Shown: piece after piece, positions 1 to 12,446 of the stretch | How positions within the stretch are numbered: the first letter of the stretch is position 1 | Layout: the number at the start of each line of letters is the position of its first letter | Source of the DNA: Vitrella brassicaformis CCMP3155 | Lineage: Eukaryota > Protista > Chromerida | Direction of reading: 5' to 3' | Assembly: GCA_001179505.1 (NCBI GenBank) | Contig: CDMY01000531.1 | Coordinates: 1-64,000 of the forward strand | Length of the DNA: 64,000 nucleotides | Notes under the pieces: model-generated | Databases searched by the model: none | What the model was told of the DNA's origin: nothing | What the model saw: the letters and a program-made list of their open reading frames with translations, nothing else | Position numbers and translations under genes: made by a program

Positions 1-585
1 GCTGGGCGCTTGCCTGACGCCTTCTTGAGCCCTCCACCCATGTGCCCGATGCGCTGAGCTCTGCTCGCTCCGGTGCCTTGTGGTGTTGAGGCTTGTTGTT
101 GCTGATGATGCTGCTGTGCTGCCTGAGCGTTTGCTCATGGGCGTGGCACTGTCTGACCACCGGCGTGACCCGTGTGTCAACGTGCCTTTGTGGTGTGGTG
201 TGTGCGGCCTTGTCCCACCCATGCCTTGCGCCCTGTATGCCATTGTGGATGATGGACGGCTCGTGCTTCGTGGACTTTGACGTGCATATGCATGATTGTG
301 ATGCGATTGGGATGGCCTAGCTGCAGGTGCAGACGATGGATGGACATCGGGTGATGATCTCGTTCTCTGAACGATTGATGCCACCCCGCGATGACGAGGC
401 ACACACTTGACACGCATCGACGAGATCCCCATCATACTAGACACTGATGCGTTGAGCGATGCCCTTTTGGCGCATACACGGGTCCCCCATCCAGAGGTCT
501 TGAGTTCGTTTGACTCCCTCTGTGAGGGTGCGACTGGCCGGCTTGGCGGGGATCACAGGCCCCCAGACGCCCCCCTTTCACACCT

Positions 586-1755
586 ATGCGCGCCGTCAAG
601 TCGGTGATTCTGTCCGTCAAATCGTTGATAGCAGTCTCAATCCTGCGCGTTCCGTCGGCGGTTTCGCGGCCGAAACGAATCGGGCATGAGGGGAGACAGC
701 ACCAGCTCCCGCTGCTGCTGCTGCTGCTGGGCTGTGCAGTTCCCTGCACACACACACAGACAGACAGACAGACAGACAGGCCCCACGCACTTACAAGTGC
801 ATTCTTTCGCCATACACATGCATGCCTCTTTCTCGTACTTGAGGTCTTCTCGAATTCACTCCCATTTGTAGCGGCGGCTGCACCGGCTGCACCTGGAGGG
901 TGACTGGCAGGCTCCGCAATGGCTGCTGCACATAAAAAGCAAACAAAGCGATAACAAACGGGTCCACACACTTGGTGACACACAAAAGAAAGTCCCCACA
1001 CACGCGCCCCTCACTTTGTCTTCCTCCTCGAACTGCGTGAGCCAATCGCCAATCGTCAAGCCGACCCAGCTGCCATCGAAAAAGGTCGGAGGGAACGATT
1101 CGAGTTGCTCTAGAAGGGGCAGGATGGCTGGCGGAACCATGTGAAACAGCCCGGGCGTCTTGAGGCAGTCCAATGGGCACACGTAGAAGAACGGCCGTGG
1201 ATGATGTGTTGGTGCCCGACTTGCACGTCTGGGTTGAGCTCGATGAGGTGTGAGGCCATGGATGACGGCCGCCACTCGCTCCACCCCCTGCCCCTCCTTC
1301 CCAGCCAGCACCAAATAGCTTCCCGAGTCTCCTTCTTGGGAACTGGTGCCCATCAGCTGAAGCCAGATCGGGATGCTCACCGGCTGCTTGCTCTCGCCGA
1401 CATCGCCGACTTCCACCTTGACCACCTGACCGCCGAAATCCCTTGTGTGGACGGCGATGTCGTTCTCCAGTCGCTCGCGAGGGCCGATGTTCGTCGCGAT
1501 AGCGACGGGCGGGGTCAGCTCCGGCACAGCATCTCTCGTCAGGACGACGAGAGCCGCGGAAGGATGCCCGTGGCGCACATAATGCGGCAGGATAAAGCGG
1601 CTCTGTATCTCGAATTCGGCTCCGTCAATGTTGGCTTTCACTGCAGCCGACACCACGTGAGCGGCTGAGAGAAGGGTCCTTGATCCGACAAGCGTACCGT
1701 AGCCCACGGGGAAGCCGTTCGAGTCAGTGAGCTGGGCCTGCTTCGCTTTGACCAT
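586..1755 (-). CDS. Trypsin-like (S1/PA clan) serine protease domain protein; core exon 1015-1755, 3' exons uncertain
   Basis: ORF 856..2208(-) read from MVKAKQ (ATG 1755) contains GTLVGSRTLLSAAHVV (TAAH-like) and EGDSGSYLV (GDSGG-like). Donor GTGAGG at 1014. Downstream exon frames (922-795, 744-586) are ambiguous. Confidence 0.65.
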
Positions 1756-1879
1756 GGTCCGTCGGTAGGTTATGGGTTTGACCCCATGAGTAGGCTTGAC
1801 GCACGCCACTGAGAGCGGTTTCACGTACGGGGAGCACCCTAAGGAAGGGAGCTTCACCTCAGCCCTCTCGCAGAAGCAA

Positions 1880-4827
1880 ATGTACCGCCAACTCGCAGGA
1901 GAACAGGTCAGCGATTCTCTGATCTGACGCTCTGTATGGTATGCGCTGTGCTGTGCTGTGCTGTGCTGTTGTGTCCGCTGTGTGCAGAAGCTTGCCAAGT
2001 CGCAGTCCAACATCTCGCCAGGACGTTCGCGCACCACCCTCTCGCCCACCCTTCCCTCCACACGCAAGCAGAACGAGCCGGCCCTTCTCGAGGAGGACCG
2101 TGACGCCGCCTCGTCGCGCGTCATCCAAGGCGGCGGCTCCAATGGTGGCGGCACATCTGGCAGATCCACACCCCGCTCGCGCACACCATACGACTCGGAC
2201 ACCGACAACCTTCTTCTCTCTGGCCCGTCTGGCGAGGCGTCCTATGCGCCGCTGTCCAGCCCACCGCCAGAGCGCTCCAACGCCCCATCGCTGGGCAGGG
2301 CGAGGCCCAGATCTTTCACGCCGCCGATTCACAGGCGGTCGGTGAGTGTGTCGTCGCTCGAGCAGCACCCGCCCGGCGTGGAGAGGGGCAGCGGCAAGGC
2401 CAAGGAGAACAAGGGCGACGGCGCGCCGCCGGTCGTTCGCAGGCACAGCTCGTCGTTTGAGGTGGACGTGGTGATGGGTGTCGGTGTGGCGAATGGCTTG
2501 GGAGCGACCGGTGCGGACGATGAGGGCCACCAGATGGCGGGCGAGTCCTTGCTTGCGGCGAGTGAAGCGGCAGAGATCGTCCGCAACTCCTCAAACGAAG
2601 CCCGTACGTTTCCTTCAACACACACATGCCATAATGGCACCCACCTGCATTGCATTGACGCGTCTGCATGGATTCGGTGTGTGGATTTGACTGACTGCAG
2701 TTGAGGCGCTGAAGGAGCGGTCCAGGCCAACCTCACCGTCCAAAGCGCCCCCTCAGGCGGTCCCCCTCCCCTCCCCCCTCTCACCCCCCGCTGCATACGA
2801 CACATCCGTCGACCCCTCAGAGGCCTCCCTCACCTCTCGAGTCCCAATGCTCCCCGCCGACCGCCCCAACACCGCCACCACCACAGTCTTCCCCCTCAGC
2901 ATCCCCCTTAGTAGCACCAACACAATGGGCGGCGAGGGCGGGCCCGGCCGCACCATGGCGCTCTATTCAATGACGGCAGGCGGCGCCGCCAGTGCTGTGA
3001 AGGAGACCGCGTCGCAGCCCGAGAGTGTGGCAGCTACTAGTGACACGGAGGTGGTGAAGGGTGCAGGCGCGACTGGCGGTGTGGGGCGGCGGGTGGGCAG
3101 CCGGGGTCGGTCGCCATCGCCGAGTGGAGGGATGGGTGTGCTGAGCATGGACGAGATCAAGGAGAAGATCGCAGAGAGGAGCATCATCGAACACGCCGTC
3201 TTCACTTTCAACCGGTGAGTGAAGGAGTGAGTGGTGCAGCCCCGTCGCCCTCGTGCACTCACCACGCCCACACATCTCTTGCTGCTGCTGCTGCTGCTGT
3301 GTGTGGGTGTGTGTGGGTATGTGTGTGTGTGGCTGCCTCAGTTTGGGTGCTGGCGCGACGATAGACTTCCTGGCCCGCCACGATCGCATCGACAAGGACG
3401 ATGCCGTGGCGTTCGCGCACTTTCTGTTCGAAACGCCGGGACTCGACAAGCACAAAGTGAGTCGCCGACCGAGGGTCCACAGAAAGACAGACAAAGAGTG
3501 GACACAGATCTACGACCTGTGTGTGTGTGTGCGTGTGTATTGTGTCAGGTTGGCGACTTCATCGGTCGCGAGGGCGCCTTCAACATGGCGGTGCTCGCGT
3601 GTTTCGTCCAGTTCTTCGACTTCAAGGAGCTCTCCATCGACGAGGCACTCAGATACTTCCTCACGAGATTCAAGCCCGCTGGGTGGGTGGGCATGCCCAC
3701 ACCTGACTGACCTGACTGACGCACACAGACGACTCGCTCGCTCAATGGGCCTGGCCTCTCTCCCTCTCTCTCTGAGTGCTGTTTGTTCTGTCAGTGAGGC
3801 TCAGCAGCTGTATCGCATCCTTCAGCAGTTCGCCGTGCGCTTCGTCAAGGACAACCGCGAGGCAGACATGACGCCCGACGAGGCCCACTTCATGTCATAC
3901 GCCATACTGATGCTGCACACCGACGCACACAACGAACACGTAATCAGCGCGCCCCGCCCCGCCCCGCCCCGCCCCGCCACACCGTTGCGCGCACCTGCCA
4001 TCTTTCGTCTGTGTGTGTGTGTAGGTGACTCGGAAGATGACTAAGGAGGACTTTCTGAAGTCGGTGGCCGGCCAGACGAAGCTCGGCAAGCGGGCGCTCT
4101 CGCAGATCTACGAGCGGGTGGTGGGCGAGCAGTTCCGGCTCGCACTCACCAAAACCGACAAAGTACGTGGGGAGCCTCACACATCCATCCATCCATCCCT
4201 CCATCCATCCGTGTGGTGCTGGGGTGTGTGTGTCAGGTGTACAATCGTCTGTCGCGGGACCCCCGGATCATCCGCGCGGCGACGTCTGTCAACCTGCGCA
4301 TGAGCGGTCTGCATCACGACGTGGACGGCCTCAAGAAGGGCAGCCGCTTCTTCAAGTACTGCAGGAGCGGACGGGTCAAAGTCAGATGGGTCAGGATCTC
4401 AGAGGTGAGCTTGAGCGAGCTGGGAGGGAGGGAGGGAGGGAGGGAGGAGGTCGTGCACATGATGTGTGTGGTGCCGGGCAGGATGAGTCTCGCGTGTTCT
4501 GGAGCAGCAGCGAGACCGACCAGAGGCCGCGCGAGATGCACCTCGACGACGTCATCGACTTCACCGTGGGATCGCATGTAAGAAAGAGGCCGTTCGCTCG
4601 CCATCGCCAAGAGTCACGCGCTCTCACCCCTCCCCTCCGCTCCCCTCCGCTCCCCTCCGCTCCCCTCCGCTCCCCTTGTTTGTTTGTGTGCAGCGGTCGC
4701 CGGTGTTCCGTCGCTTCCACATCCCCGACGAGCAGGACGCCAGGTGCTTCTCACTCCACACCGACCAGCGGACACTCGACCTCTGCGCACCGAATGCGAT
4801 CGACCCCCCCATGCAGGTGTGTGAGAT

Positions 4828-4864
<37 letters not shown>

Positions 4865-7113
4865 GACACGACCTAATGCGACAGACAGAGTGTGGTTGTG
4901 TGTGGTTGTGTGTGTGTGTGTGTGGTTGTGTGTAGGTGTGGGTGACCTTCTTCAGCCAGGCGATCGCCCGCCGGCAGGAGGACAAAGTGCGCGACAAACC
5001 CACCCAGATCCTGTACGCCGAGGAAAAGAAGCGAGAGGTACACATACCCCCCCGACACACACACACACACACGACATGCACACGGCTTGTGTGGTGTGTG
5101 TTTGTTGCGGCTCTTGGTGTGCGCAGGAGGCGCTTCTGCAGCGGACCAAAGTTTGGAAGGAGAAGATCCTGCCGTCCTGGGATTCCTACTGGAACTGCGG
5201 GGCAGTCGCTGTGGCCACCGACCCCTCCCCCCTCCCCTCCCTCTCCTCCCTCGTCACCCGCTACCCCACGCCCACTACCAATCCCCGCTCATCGGCAGCA
5301 GCGGCGTCCGCCACGGCCAGCGGCACTGACACCAACACCAACACGACGCAGTGGGTCGACATTGGCTGCTTCGGCGGCAGGCTCGGAGGCAAGACTCCGC
5401 GCAGCAGCTACCCCAAGACGGCCTTCGTCACCACACGCTCGACCGACTCGCCCAACAGCGACTCTGAGAGCCGATGCGGCCGCCGATCAAAGTCTCCAGG
5501 CCGGCCACTGAGGGGCGCTCTGGTGCCTGGGGGTGGGGGGAAGGGCTCTGGCGTGCCGATGCTCAAGGGGGGCGGAAAGGGTCTGTGTCCGCCAGTGCAG
5601 TCGGTGTCGGTGTTCACGTTTAGTTTGGACCGTGGCCGGCGTTACGAGACGGCGCGATCGCCGCGGCTGGTGGATCTGTGGCTGGAGGGGCTGCCTGAGG
5701 AGCTGAGGCCCAAGCTGTGGCCGCTGGCCATTGGCGACGACAAGGCCGTCAGCCTGGACCTCTACTACTGCCTCAGAGCACAGGTAAACCCATCCATCTC
5801 ATGAGTCCCCTTCATTGATCGGTCACGTCACTTGTGTGCAGGTGACATCGAACAACAGGAAACCCGACGCAGCGGCAGAGAGGGACCCCTTCCTCCCCCC
5901 GGCCCGGCACCACTTCGAGCGCTTCTACAGCGACCTCCCATCCATCCTCCCACACCTCCAGCACCTCCCCGTTGGCCAAGGGTCCTTCCACCCGCTCCCC
6001 ACTCGGCCAGCCGGCACCACAGCTGGCGGGGCGACCATGAGCCCCCGTGCAATGATATCGATCTCGCCGCAGCTGCCTCCGACGATCGGTGTCGGCGTGG
6101 AGCCGCCGCCGGCGATGTTGCCCCCAGGGGTGTCGGAGATGAAGATCCACCAGGCGCTGGTCGAGCTGATGGAGGCCTTCATCATCTTCCGGCCCGATGT
6201 GGGGTACGTCCAGGGGATGGGGCACCTGGCCGCCATGCTGCTGTACCATCTGCAGCCGGCCGAGGCGTTCCGCGGCTTCGTGAGCCTGATCCAGAGCCAC
6301 CACTTTATGGACTTCTTCATGGCCACGCAGGAGAGCAGCCGAAGGCGCGTCAAGATGCGATTCGACTTTTTCGAGGTCCGTTCCGCCGATGCACCTCGAC
6401 ACATACAAGCGTGACTTCATCTTGACGCCTCTGTGTGTGTGTGTGTGTGTGTGTGTTCAGTCTGTCTTTCAGGAGCGTCTGCCTTTGCTGTGGAGTCACT
6501 TCCAGGCGCTGGATGTGACTCCTGACCTATTCCTGATGCCGTGGCTCCTCACGCTCTTCTCGTCAGTGCTCCCACTGCGAACCGTCTGCCGAGTGTGGGA
6601 CGCCGTGCTGCTCAAAGGAGAGGTACACACAAAGGAGAGGTACACACAACCGCCGGACAAGCATGAGCATGCACACCCCTCTTCTCCCTCTCTCTCTCTC
6701 TTTTTGTTGGTGCAGCCGTACGCTTACCAGACGGCATTGGGTTTCCTCCGCTACAAGGAGCATTCCCTGCTGACGGCGTCGTTCGAGGGCTGCATCCGGC
6801 TGCTCAACCCCACGGCCAACAACTGGGATCCATCGCAGGGCGGCGTCTCCACACCGCGGGGCGTGGGCGACATCCAGGTGCCGTCAAGAGCTGACGACGC
6901 CGCCATGTCGTTCGATGAGGACAGATTCTTCAAGTAGGCCGACAGACATCGGAGGGCGAGAGGCTATGGGTTTCGTGATCGGGTTGTTTTCTTGGTTTGG
7001 TGTCTGTCAGGTGTGTGGGCGAGTGCGAGATAGATCCGTCGCTCTTCGGCAATTGGCTGGCGAAGCAGCGGCTGAGTGAGGAGAAGGCCGAGCTCCTCGA
7101 GCTGCTCCTGTGA
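1880..7113 (+). CDS. Sec7 (ARF-GEF) + PH + TBC (Rab-GAP) multidomain protein, multi-exon
   Basis: Spliced exons give Sec7 motifs FDFKELSIDEALRYFLTRFKPAG|EAQQLYRIL and SYAILMLHTDAHN, a PH-like segment (FFKYCRSGRVKVRWVRISE...CFSLHTDQRTLDLCA), and TBC motifs RPKLWPLAIG, RPDVGYVQGMGHL, PWLLTLFSSVLPLRTVCRVWD. First exon MYRQLAGEQ splices in phase to 1988. Last exon 7011-7113 ends ELLELLL*. Confidence 0.9.
4828..4863 (+). repeat. Poly-G tract (about 36 nt) inside an intron
   Basis: Uninterrupted G run following donor GTGTGT in an intron of the Sec7-TBC gene. Confidence 0.9.
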
Positions 7114-8503
7114 CGTCTTTGACGTCATGTGGGGAGCGGAGCTCAGTCAGTCGCCGGCTGCGTGTATGCTTGCAGCCATCCGTCCACCCACCCACCCACC
7201 CGTCCAGTAGACACACACGACATCCATCGCACACACACACCTTACTGTGTGAATTCATTCCTTCATGCCCACTCATATGGATGGCATGAGGCGGGTCCAT
7301 TCCGTTCCATTCCATTCCATTCGGTCCGTGTCTTTTATCGCAGGCAGACAGGGAGGGAGGGAGGCGGGCAGAGTGCACTTCTATTGGACGGAGCAGGTCG
7401 TTGGCCTGGGGTGAGAGGGGCGGGGAGGAAGTCTGTCGTGTCAGTGGCGCGAGCCGAGCGGTGAGAGTGACTTCACGGGGGGGCGGGGGACAGTGAGTGT
7501 CTTTTTCCCTTCAGCCGCTGGCATGCATGGCATGGCACAGCTGTGCGTACCCTCTCGCTTCCGAGGTGGCGATGTGATTGGCACTCGATGTGGCCATCGG
7601 GTGTGCAATCTCGTGGCCATGGCGGAGCTGAGATGGGCGCAAGGGCAGGGCATGGCCGCCAGTGGGAGACAAATAGCATAGCACGGGAGCAGCTTTAGCG
7701 GCTGAGAATGAAGCTTCTGGGTGGGGCGGGGTGGGGTGGGGTGGGTTGCGTGCGGCGAGTGAGAGCATTTTCGGGAGGTGCGGCGCGGCGCGGTGCGGCG
7801 GGTCGAGCAAGCAATCGACCAGCCGGCCGACCAGCGCGGCCCTGTCAATGACCGTGAGGTGAGATGAAGATGGTATGAAGATGGCGGTGTAGTTTATCCA
7901 CAGACGTATGTATCTCGCTGCTAGTGCGTGGTGCGTGCTGAGTGCAGTGCGTGGGTGTGTGAACCAATGAACGAGCGGTGTGATGAGTGCCTTTATCAAC
8001 CAACGCTTGTTACCTTTTTTGTGTACACGTACGTGTGTGTGTGTGTGTGTGTGAATGTGCGTGTATGTCTGTGTATGTGAGATGGACGGACAGGTGCCTC
8101 ACACACGCATACACACACCGACTGACCGAATTATGCCCGAGTGAGTGAGACTGCTGGTTCCGTCAGAGAGGTGTGAACCAGCCAGCATGCTTCATGCTTC
8201 ATGCTTCATGCATGGCTGGCTCATGCTCTTTCCCTTTTTTGTGAGCATATGTATGTCCCTCCTTCCTTATACAGACAGACAGACAGACACATGCGTACCT
8301 ACTTCCTTGGTCAGTCACAGGTGTGTTACGTCAAAGTCATTCAATGACCGTGTGTGTGTGTGGGCGTGGGTTGATGTGGTGGTGGATTTGGTGCATCCTC
8401 TCTCTCTCCATGGCATGTGCGTGTGGGCGTGTGTGCGCGCTCAGTGGACATCTATCCATCCTCCCCCGCTTCATCCACATCGATTATTGGCCTCTGTACC
8501 TAA

Positions 8504-10767
8504 TTAATCCTTCTCCTCCACCAAAATCGCTTGTCTGAAATTTTCCTCAGTACACTCCAGCCACTCCACTCGAAGCTTTTTCTCACCCATGTACCACACA
8601 CGCACCAGATAGCTCCCCGCGCCCATCGCAGTCTTCATCTCCTTCTTCGTCTGCATCAGCCGCCCTCGACTGCTCGTCTCCCACCCACCCCTCCAGGCAC
8701 CCGTCTCCCTCCCCCTCAAGTCGCCCTTTAACACAGCCAGCACCTCCTCTGCCCCATCCTCCCCACGCACCACCACCAGCGGCGTCTCGTCTCGCAGATG
8801 GAAATCCACCTCTTTTTTGAGGAAGTCCTTCAGCCTGACAGGTTTGTCCTTAGACGTGGCTTGGAACCGGTCGCCAGGGCGGGGGTAGCGCACCATGAGC
8901 TGGTGTGGGGGCTGAATTGGGACGTCTACCCAAGGTGACCCTTTGCGTGGGTGCCGCAGGGGATTGATCCAGATGAGCGTGCTCATGCGCCTCTGTTTGA
9001 TTCCCACTTTGCCGATCACCATGGGTTGCATACCATACGTCGCCTGTAAGTCGGGTGTAAGTCGCGGCCTGCATACCATACACACATGTCCAGAAGGAAG
9101 CATTGACGAGAGAATCGACATACATAGCAGTGTGTGTGTGTGTTTGTGTGGGTACCACTTTTTAACCTCCGTCTCGACTTCCATGGCCCTATCGACCAGG
9201 AGCTCCACCTCCTGACCATCCCTCCCAAGGCTGAATGTGTCATACCCATGAGGCCGGTCGCCACTCTTCCTCACGCGCAGGGCCGTTCCTTTGTGCTCCG
9301 CCTCCCACTGGCCCGGCAGGGCGAACCGCCACACCTGGGGCCCCATTCTCGTCGGTGTGGCCCACTGGCTGTGCTTTACCTTGGCTGCGAGCTGCTCCAG
9401 CACAGTGTAGTCGCAGCTCCTGCCGGTGGATCGACGCAAATGCCGGTACAGCACTTCCTGCCAATGAAGGAAGGCAAGCCGCCATGTCTGATGTGAACGT
9501 TATGTGTGAGATACCGTACCATCCTGAGCATGTCTGAGCCGATGTCGAGCCAGTCCTCCATGGGCAGCCACACCTGGTCCCAATCGAGGTACTCCTTCTC
9601 CCACTCCACCGCCTCCTTGTCGAGCAGCTCCCGCAGCTGACCACTCTGCCGGCTCAGAGCGCCGATCCGCCGGAGGAGCACGTCGAAGCCACGAGTGTCA
9701 TCCGTTCGTGGTGATGTTGTGTCGTCGAGAGAAGGGATGACTAGCCTCTCCAGGAGTGGTATGAGCAGCAGCCGCACCTGGTTGCGCCGGTACTTTGGCT
9801 CGTTGTTGGACGGGTCGTCCCGCCAAGTGAGGTTGTGGTGCTCTAGAAATCGTTGCAGGTCCCTCTTGGGGATCTCAAGGAGGGGCCGGATGAAAGACGT
9901 GATCATCCAAAGCGGCAACTCCACCTCTTCGGCCGCATCTTGGAATGCCATGGCCCTGAATGAACGAACCAACGAACAACCACAGCATAGCAAAACCATC
10001 GCAGACTCGATCGATCTCACACACCTGAGGTTGCTGATATGCGCCCCTCTGAGCATCTTCATGATCACCGTCTCCACCTGGTCGTCCGCCTGGTGGCCCA
10101 GCACCACACTACCAATCCTGCATCCACCAGCATCCGGATCTACCGAAAGCCGCTCCATCAGAACCTCCCGCGACCTCTCACGCCGCCACCGTCGAGCCTT
10201 CTCCTGCACGCCACTCGTCAATGTTGACCGCTCTGCATCGGACAACACCTCCACAGTCGCGTTGATCCCCAGTGATTTGGCGAGGTCACAGACGAAGGCG
10301 GCGTCCTCTGCCGACTCATTGCGGATGCGGTGGTCGAAGTGGATGGCCTCCAGACGCAGAGGAGGGTCGAAACGCCCCCTCAGTCTGTGCAGGAGGTGCA
10401 GCAGGGCCACGGAGTCGACTCCGCCGCTGCATGAGACGAGCAGGAAAGCGCCATCAAGAACCCGGCAGTCGTCGCGAAGACGGCTCTCTACACGGTCAAG
10501 AAGCGACGAGGTGAAAGCTGTGGCGTTTGCGGCCTCTGGGACAGCAGAACCGGCCTGCGGCAGCGCATGCTGACGAACGAGCCGTCTTGCCCTTGTGCTC
10601 TGTCGGCGGTTGCCGGCATTTGGGGGGATCAGGCGGCGCCAAGCGAGCTCTCGGCGGTATGGATAGACCTCCCGCTTCATCAGAGCGACGAGGAAGGCCT
10701 GGCAGCGGCAGAACATGCTGACGATGGGAACAATGAGTAGAGCTTCAGAGATTCGCCAGATCCTCAT
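8504..10767 (-). CDS. tilS: tRNA(Ile)-lysidine synthase, probably plastid-targeted
   Basis: PP-loop VSCSGGVDSVALL, HFDHRIR, VLGHQADDQVETVIMKMLRG, RPLL and DPSN...YRRNQVR motifs, plus C-terminal RYPRPGDRF...LKDF. N-terminus MRIWRISEALLIVPIVSMFCRCQA-F resembles a signal peptide followed by an Arg-rich transit region. Confidence 0.92.
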
Positions 10768-11190
10768 GCAGACGCTCCTCCTCACCAGCCAGAGAGGCTT
10801 TGTAAGCACGGGAAAACTCCAAGCTCGCAGATAGGGTTGCAAGATCTGAGCTCGCAGTCTTTCCCGAATCAAAAGAGGGCAGACTGGCTTCTCAGGGACG
10901 TCTGTGATCAGTCATCTACCGGTCAAGCTCAATTTGTCGCAACTATGGAGGTTTCCGTTCGCCATCGCTCATCGCTGCGGACCTGAGGACGTCCTACCTA
11001 CTGATCGCATCTCTCGCTCACCGCCATCGCTTCCTTTCCCTTCCTCCTTTTTCCTTTTCCCTTGGTCAAGCTTGTCATCATCCCATCGATGCAGAGCCTG
11101 TTCGGCCACTGCCGTCCTTTCCGCTGCCTGGCCTTCCTGACACGTTCGCGCCGTCCGGCCAACAGCGAGTACTCGCCGGTGCGTCCCAAC

Positions 11191-11733
11191 ATGGACTGGG
11201 ACGACGACATGGACGACGAGAGCTTCTTCGACGACTGGGACAATGACGCCAAACCGCTGTCCAACCCCTCCCCCTCGCAACCAGCGTCAAGTAGTGCCGC
11301 ACCGGGTGGTGCCAATGCATCCGACAGGGCCGGGCCTTCCCCTCACGACGGCACGGCCAGCACCGCCGCCACGAGCCAGTCCAGCAGCTGCCGCAGCTCG
11401 GCCGGCGGCGAACCTGCCGTCCTCAATGGCGTGCACCACGAGCCGCCGACCGACAAGAGTGTCACACCCCCCAGGACCAAGATGCCCACTGGTGGCAAGG
11501 CACCGTCACGCGGCGGCAGCGGCAGCGGCAGTGGCAGCCAGGACATCTTTGCGGAGCTGGGGATGATGCCGACGTACAAGGCGCCGCTGCGGGCGGATGC
11601 GACTCGGAAGAAGAGGACGTCAGTCAAGACGCTGCTGGGCTGCGAGGACGCGGATGACGACGCAGTGGTGTGGGGGGACGAGGACCTGGCGCTCGATGAT
11701 CCTATAACTCCACCGTCGGCAACGGGGAGATAG
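11191..11733 (+). CDS. Hypothetical low-complexity protein with acidic termini, single exon
   Basis: ORF 11062..11733. MDWDDDMDDESFFDDWD start at 11191, coding-like codon usage, conserved-looking DIFAELGMMPTYKAP segment. Confidence 0.6.
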   Translation: MDWDDDMDDESFFDDWDNDAKPLSNPSPSQPASSSAAPGGANASDRAGPSPHDGTASTAATSQSSSCRSSAGGEPAVLNGVHHEPPTDKSVTPPRTKMPTGGKAPSRGGSGSGSGSQDIFAELGMMPTYKAPLRADATRKKRTSVKTLLGCEDADDDAVVWGDEDLALDDPITPPSATGR

Positions 11734-12446
11734 ACGTGCCGATTCCGTCGATCCATCCATGTCGAAATGCGGGCATGGCTGTGTCTGTCGGTCGGTCTGC
11801 GAGACGAGACGAGGCGAGTGATGGCGAGTTGGGGGCGGGTGCGGTTGGCTGGTGGCTTTTGGTTGGTTGATTGATTGATGAATGAATGGATGGTGCTGCC
11901 ACGGCTGCATTTATGGGTTGTCTTGTGTTGCGAGAACGAATGAGTGAGCGAGCGAGTGTATTTGTGAGGCGAGATTGGTGCCACTGAGCGTGTGTGCTGC
12001 TTGTGTCGTGGTGCGAGTTCGTGTCGCTTCATCAGCGGGGGTGACATGTTCCCTTCAGCTCCTTTACCAGGAGAGCGGAGGGGTGCGTGGCAGCGCCGCT
12101 GATGAACTGTCGCGAGCTCTCGATGCGTCACCCACACACACACAGCCGGAGTTGTGTGTCTGTGGGAATGTGTGTATGAGAGACTGCAATTCGCTTCGCT
12201 TGTAGACACGTGCGTGTGCATGACAAGATGAGCTCTGTGTAGGTAGGTATGTTGAACCAGTCCACCACTGTGTTGGCCAGTCAGTGATATCGCCGATGGT
12301 CCGTCCACACACAAACGCTACGCACACTAGTCACAACACAGACACACACATAAGGCCACCCTCCCTCATGTGGACGTGCAGCTACACAAAGACATACACA
12401 CATACACACATACACACACGAGAAACGATCCATCCAGAGAGACTAG

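Noticed and set aside
1-430. Possible exons of a minus-strand gene running off the left edge (QQHHQQQQ..GGGLKKASGKRP)
   Set aside because: The frame and splice sites could not be fixed and no domain was recognisable.
856-2208. 450-aa minus-strand ORF as a single protein
   Set aside because: Its first 150 aa are antisense to exons and an intron of the Sec7-TBC gene and include microsatellite translation. Only the protease part is credible.
7129-8507. Several ORFs of 60-160 aa between the TBC gene and tilS
   Set aside because: They translate (GT)n/(ATCC)n-rich 3' intergenic DNA and show no coding bias or splice logic.
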